From Octopus sinensis (Eukaryota): a stretch of 64,000 nt of DNA. The notes beneath the pieces are model-generated. The model was not told the DNA's origin. It saw nothing but the letters and a program-made list of their open reading frames with translations, and ran no database searches. The stretch's first letter is position 1. The number at the start of each line of letters is the position of its first letter. The position numbers and the translations under genes were made by a program. This document shows positions 63,317 to 64,000 of the stretch, piece by piece. The DNA lies in contig NC_043011.1 of NCBI RefSeq assembly GCF_006345805.1, positions 60,834,464 to 60,898,463 of the forward strand, given 5' to 3'.

Positions 63317-63609
63317 CAGGGATTCTCAACCAGTTTTCTATTTATCTAGGGACCTCTTTGGTTACTATTTGATTCTGCTGGACCCCCTTAGCCTTTCGAT
63401 GTTTCGTTCTTCGCACATTAATTTGTGTAGGTTGAACAATGTGAAATGTAAGAGAAGGAAACGCAGCTGTTTCTTGCATTACAGACCCATACATGCATTT
63501 AAAGCAAAGTTTTTTTCAGGCGTCCTTAAATACTGTAGTGGATCCATAATATATTATTTTGGCGCATGGAGCCTCCAAAACTTTATATGGACCCTGGTTG
63601 AGGCCACCG
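63317..63609. mobile_element. Degenerate hAT (Charlie-like) MITE
   Basis: Ends CAGGGATTCTCAACCAG and CTGGTTGAGGCCACCG; CTAG-containing flanks (ccctagaa / ttctaggc). Confidence 0.5.
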
Positions 63610-64000
63610 TTCTAGGCTTAGCAAATACAAAAGATGAAACAAAAAGAATAAGTGTTGTGGTTTTGAACACGGAGATGTTAGCTAAGCAGTCCAATGTCAC
63701 TTTAATTTGAACATTTACCGAGGATTTCTTAATAAGAATCACATTGGAACAGAGACATTGAAAGACCACAGCTTATTTATTTGTCTTCGTGCAGGATAAT
63801 TGTTAATATTTTCGTTTTTTATAAAGAATGACTACACAAACAAGAATAATAATAAAAAAAAAATTGAAATTTATATTCGTGATGAATGATGGGACAGAAG
63901 ACGCCGTGGACAAAAAATAAATATATAAAGAAAATAAAATAAAAAGAAAACGAAAATAGAAATTAATTAATTGGTTTAGTTGAAAGTCGCATTAAAAGGG

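Overview
Eukaryotic, AT-rich, gene-poor DNA dominated by microsatellites and retroposons. The SINE families resemble octopus tRNA-derived SINEs, so a coleoid cephalopod intron or intergenic region is likely (inference, not verified). I find no host protein-coding exon, rRNA, true tRNA gene or CRISPR array, and most ORFs in the six-frame track are microsatellite read-throughs. Recognisable content: at least four tRNA-headed SINE families in many copies; fragments of R4/Dong-type, L1/Tx1-type, RTE, L2/CR1-type and Penelope-like (GIY-YIG) retroelements; Tc1, mariner and maT remnants; MITEs (mariner-, Merlin- and hAT-like); and Helitron/Helentron-like elements. Three observations stand out. (1) A 1.58-kb L1/Tx1-like element encodes only ORF1 (376 aa, CCHC knuckle), has a perfect 17-bp TSD, sits in the A-box region of a SINE head, and shares its 3' tail with a Tx1-like LINE and a SINE in this window. 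(2) A tRNA-headed SINE carries a hammerhead ribozyme motif and a Penelope-style inverted tail. (3) More than ten hammerhead-like motifs occur in the window, several inside long foldback hairpins planted in (TA)n tracts. Boundaries were read by eye: they are exact where TSDs or TIRs are quoted and approximate elsewhere.
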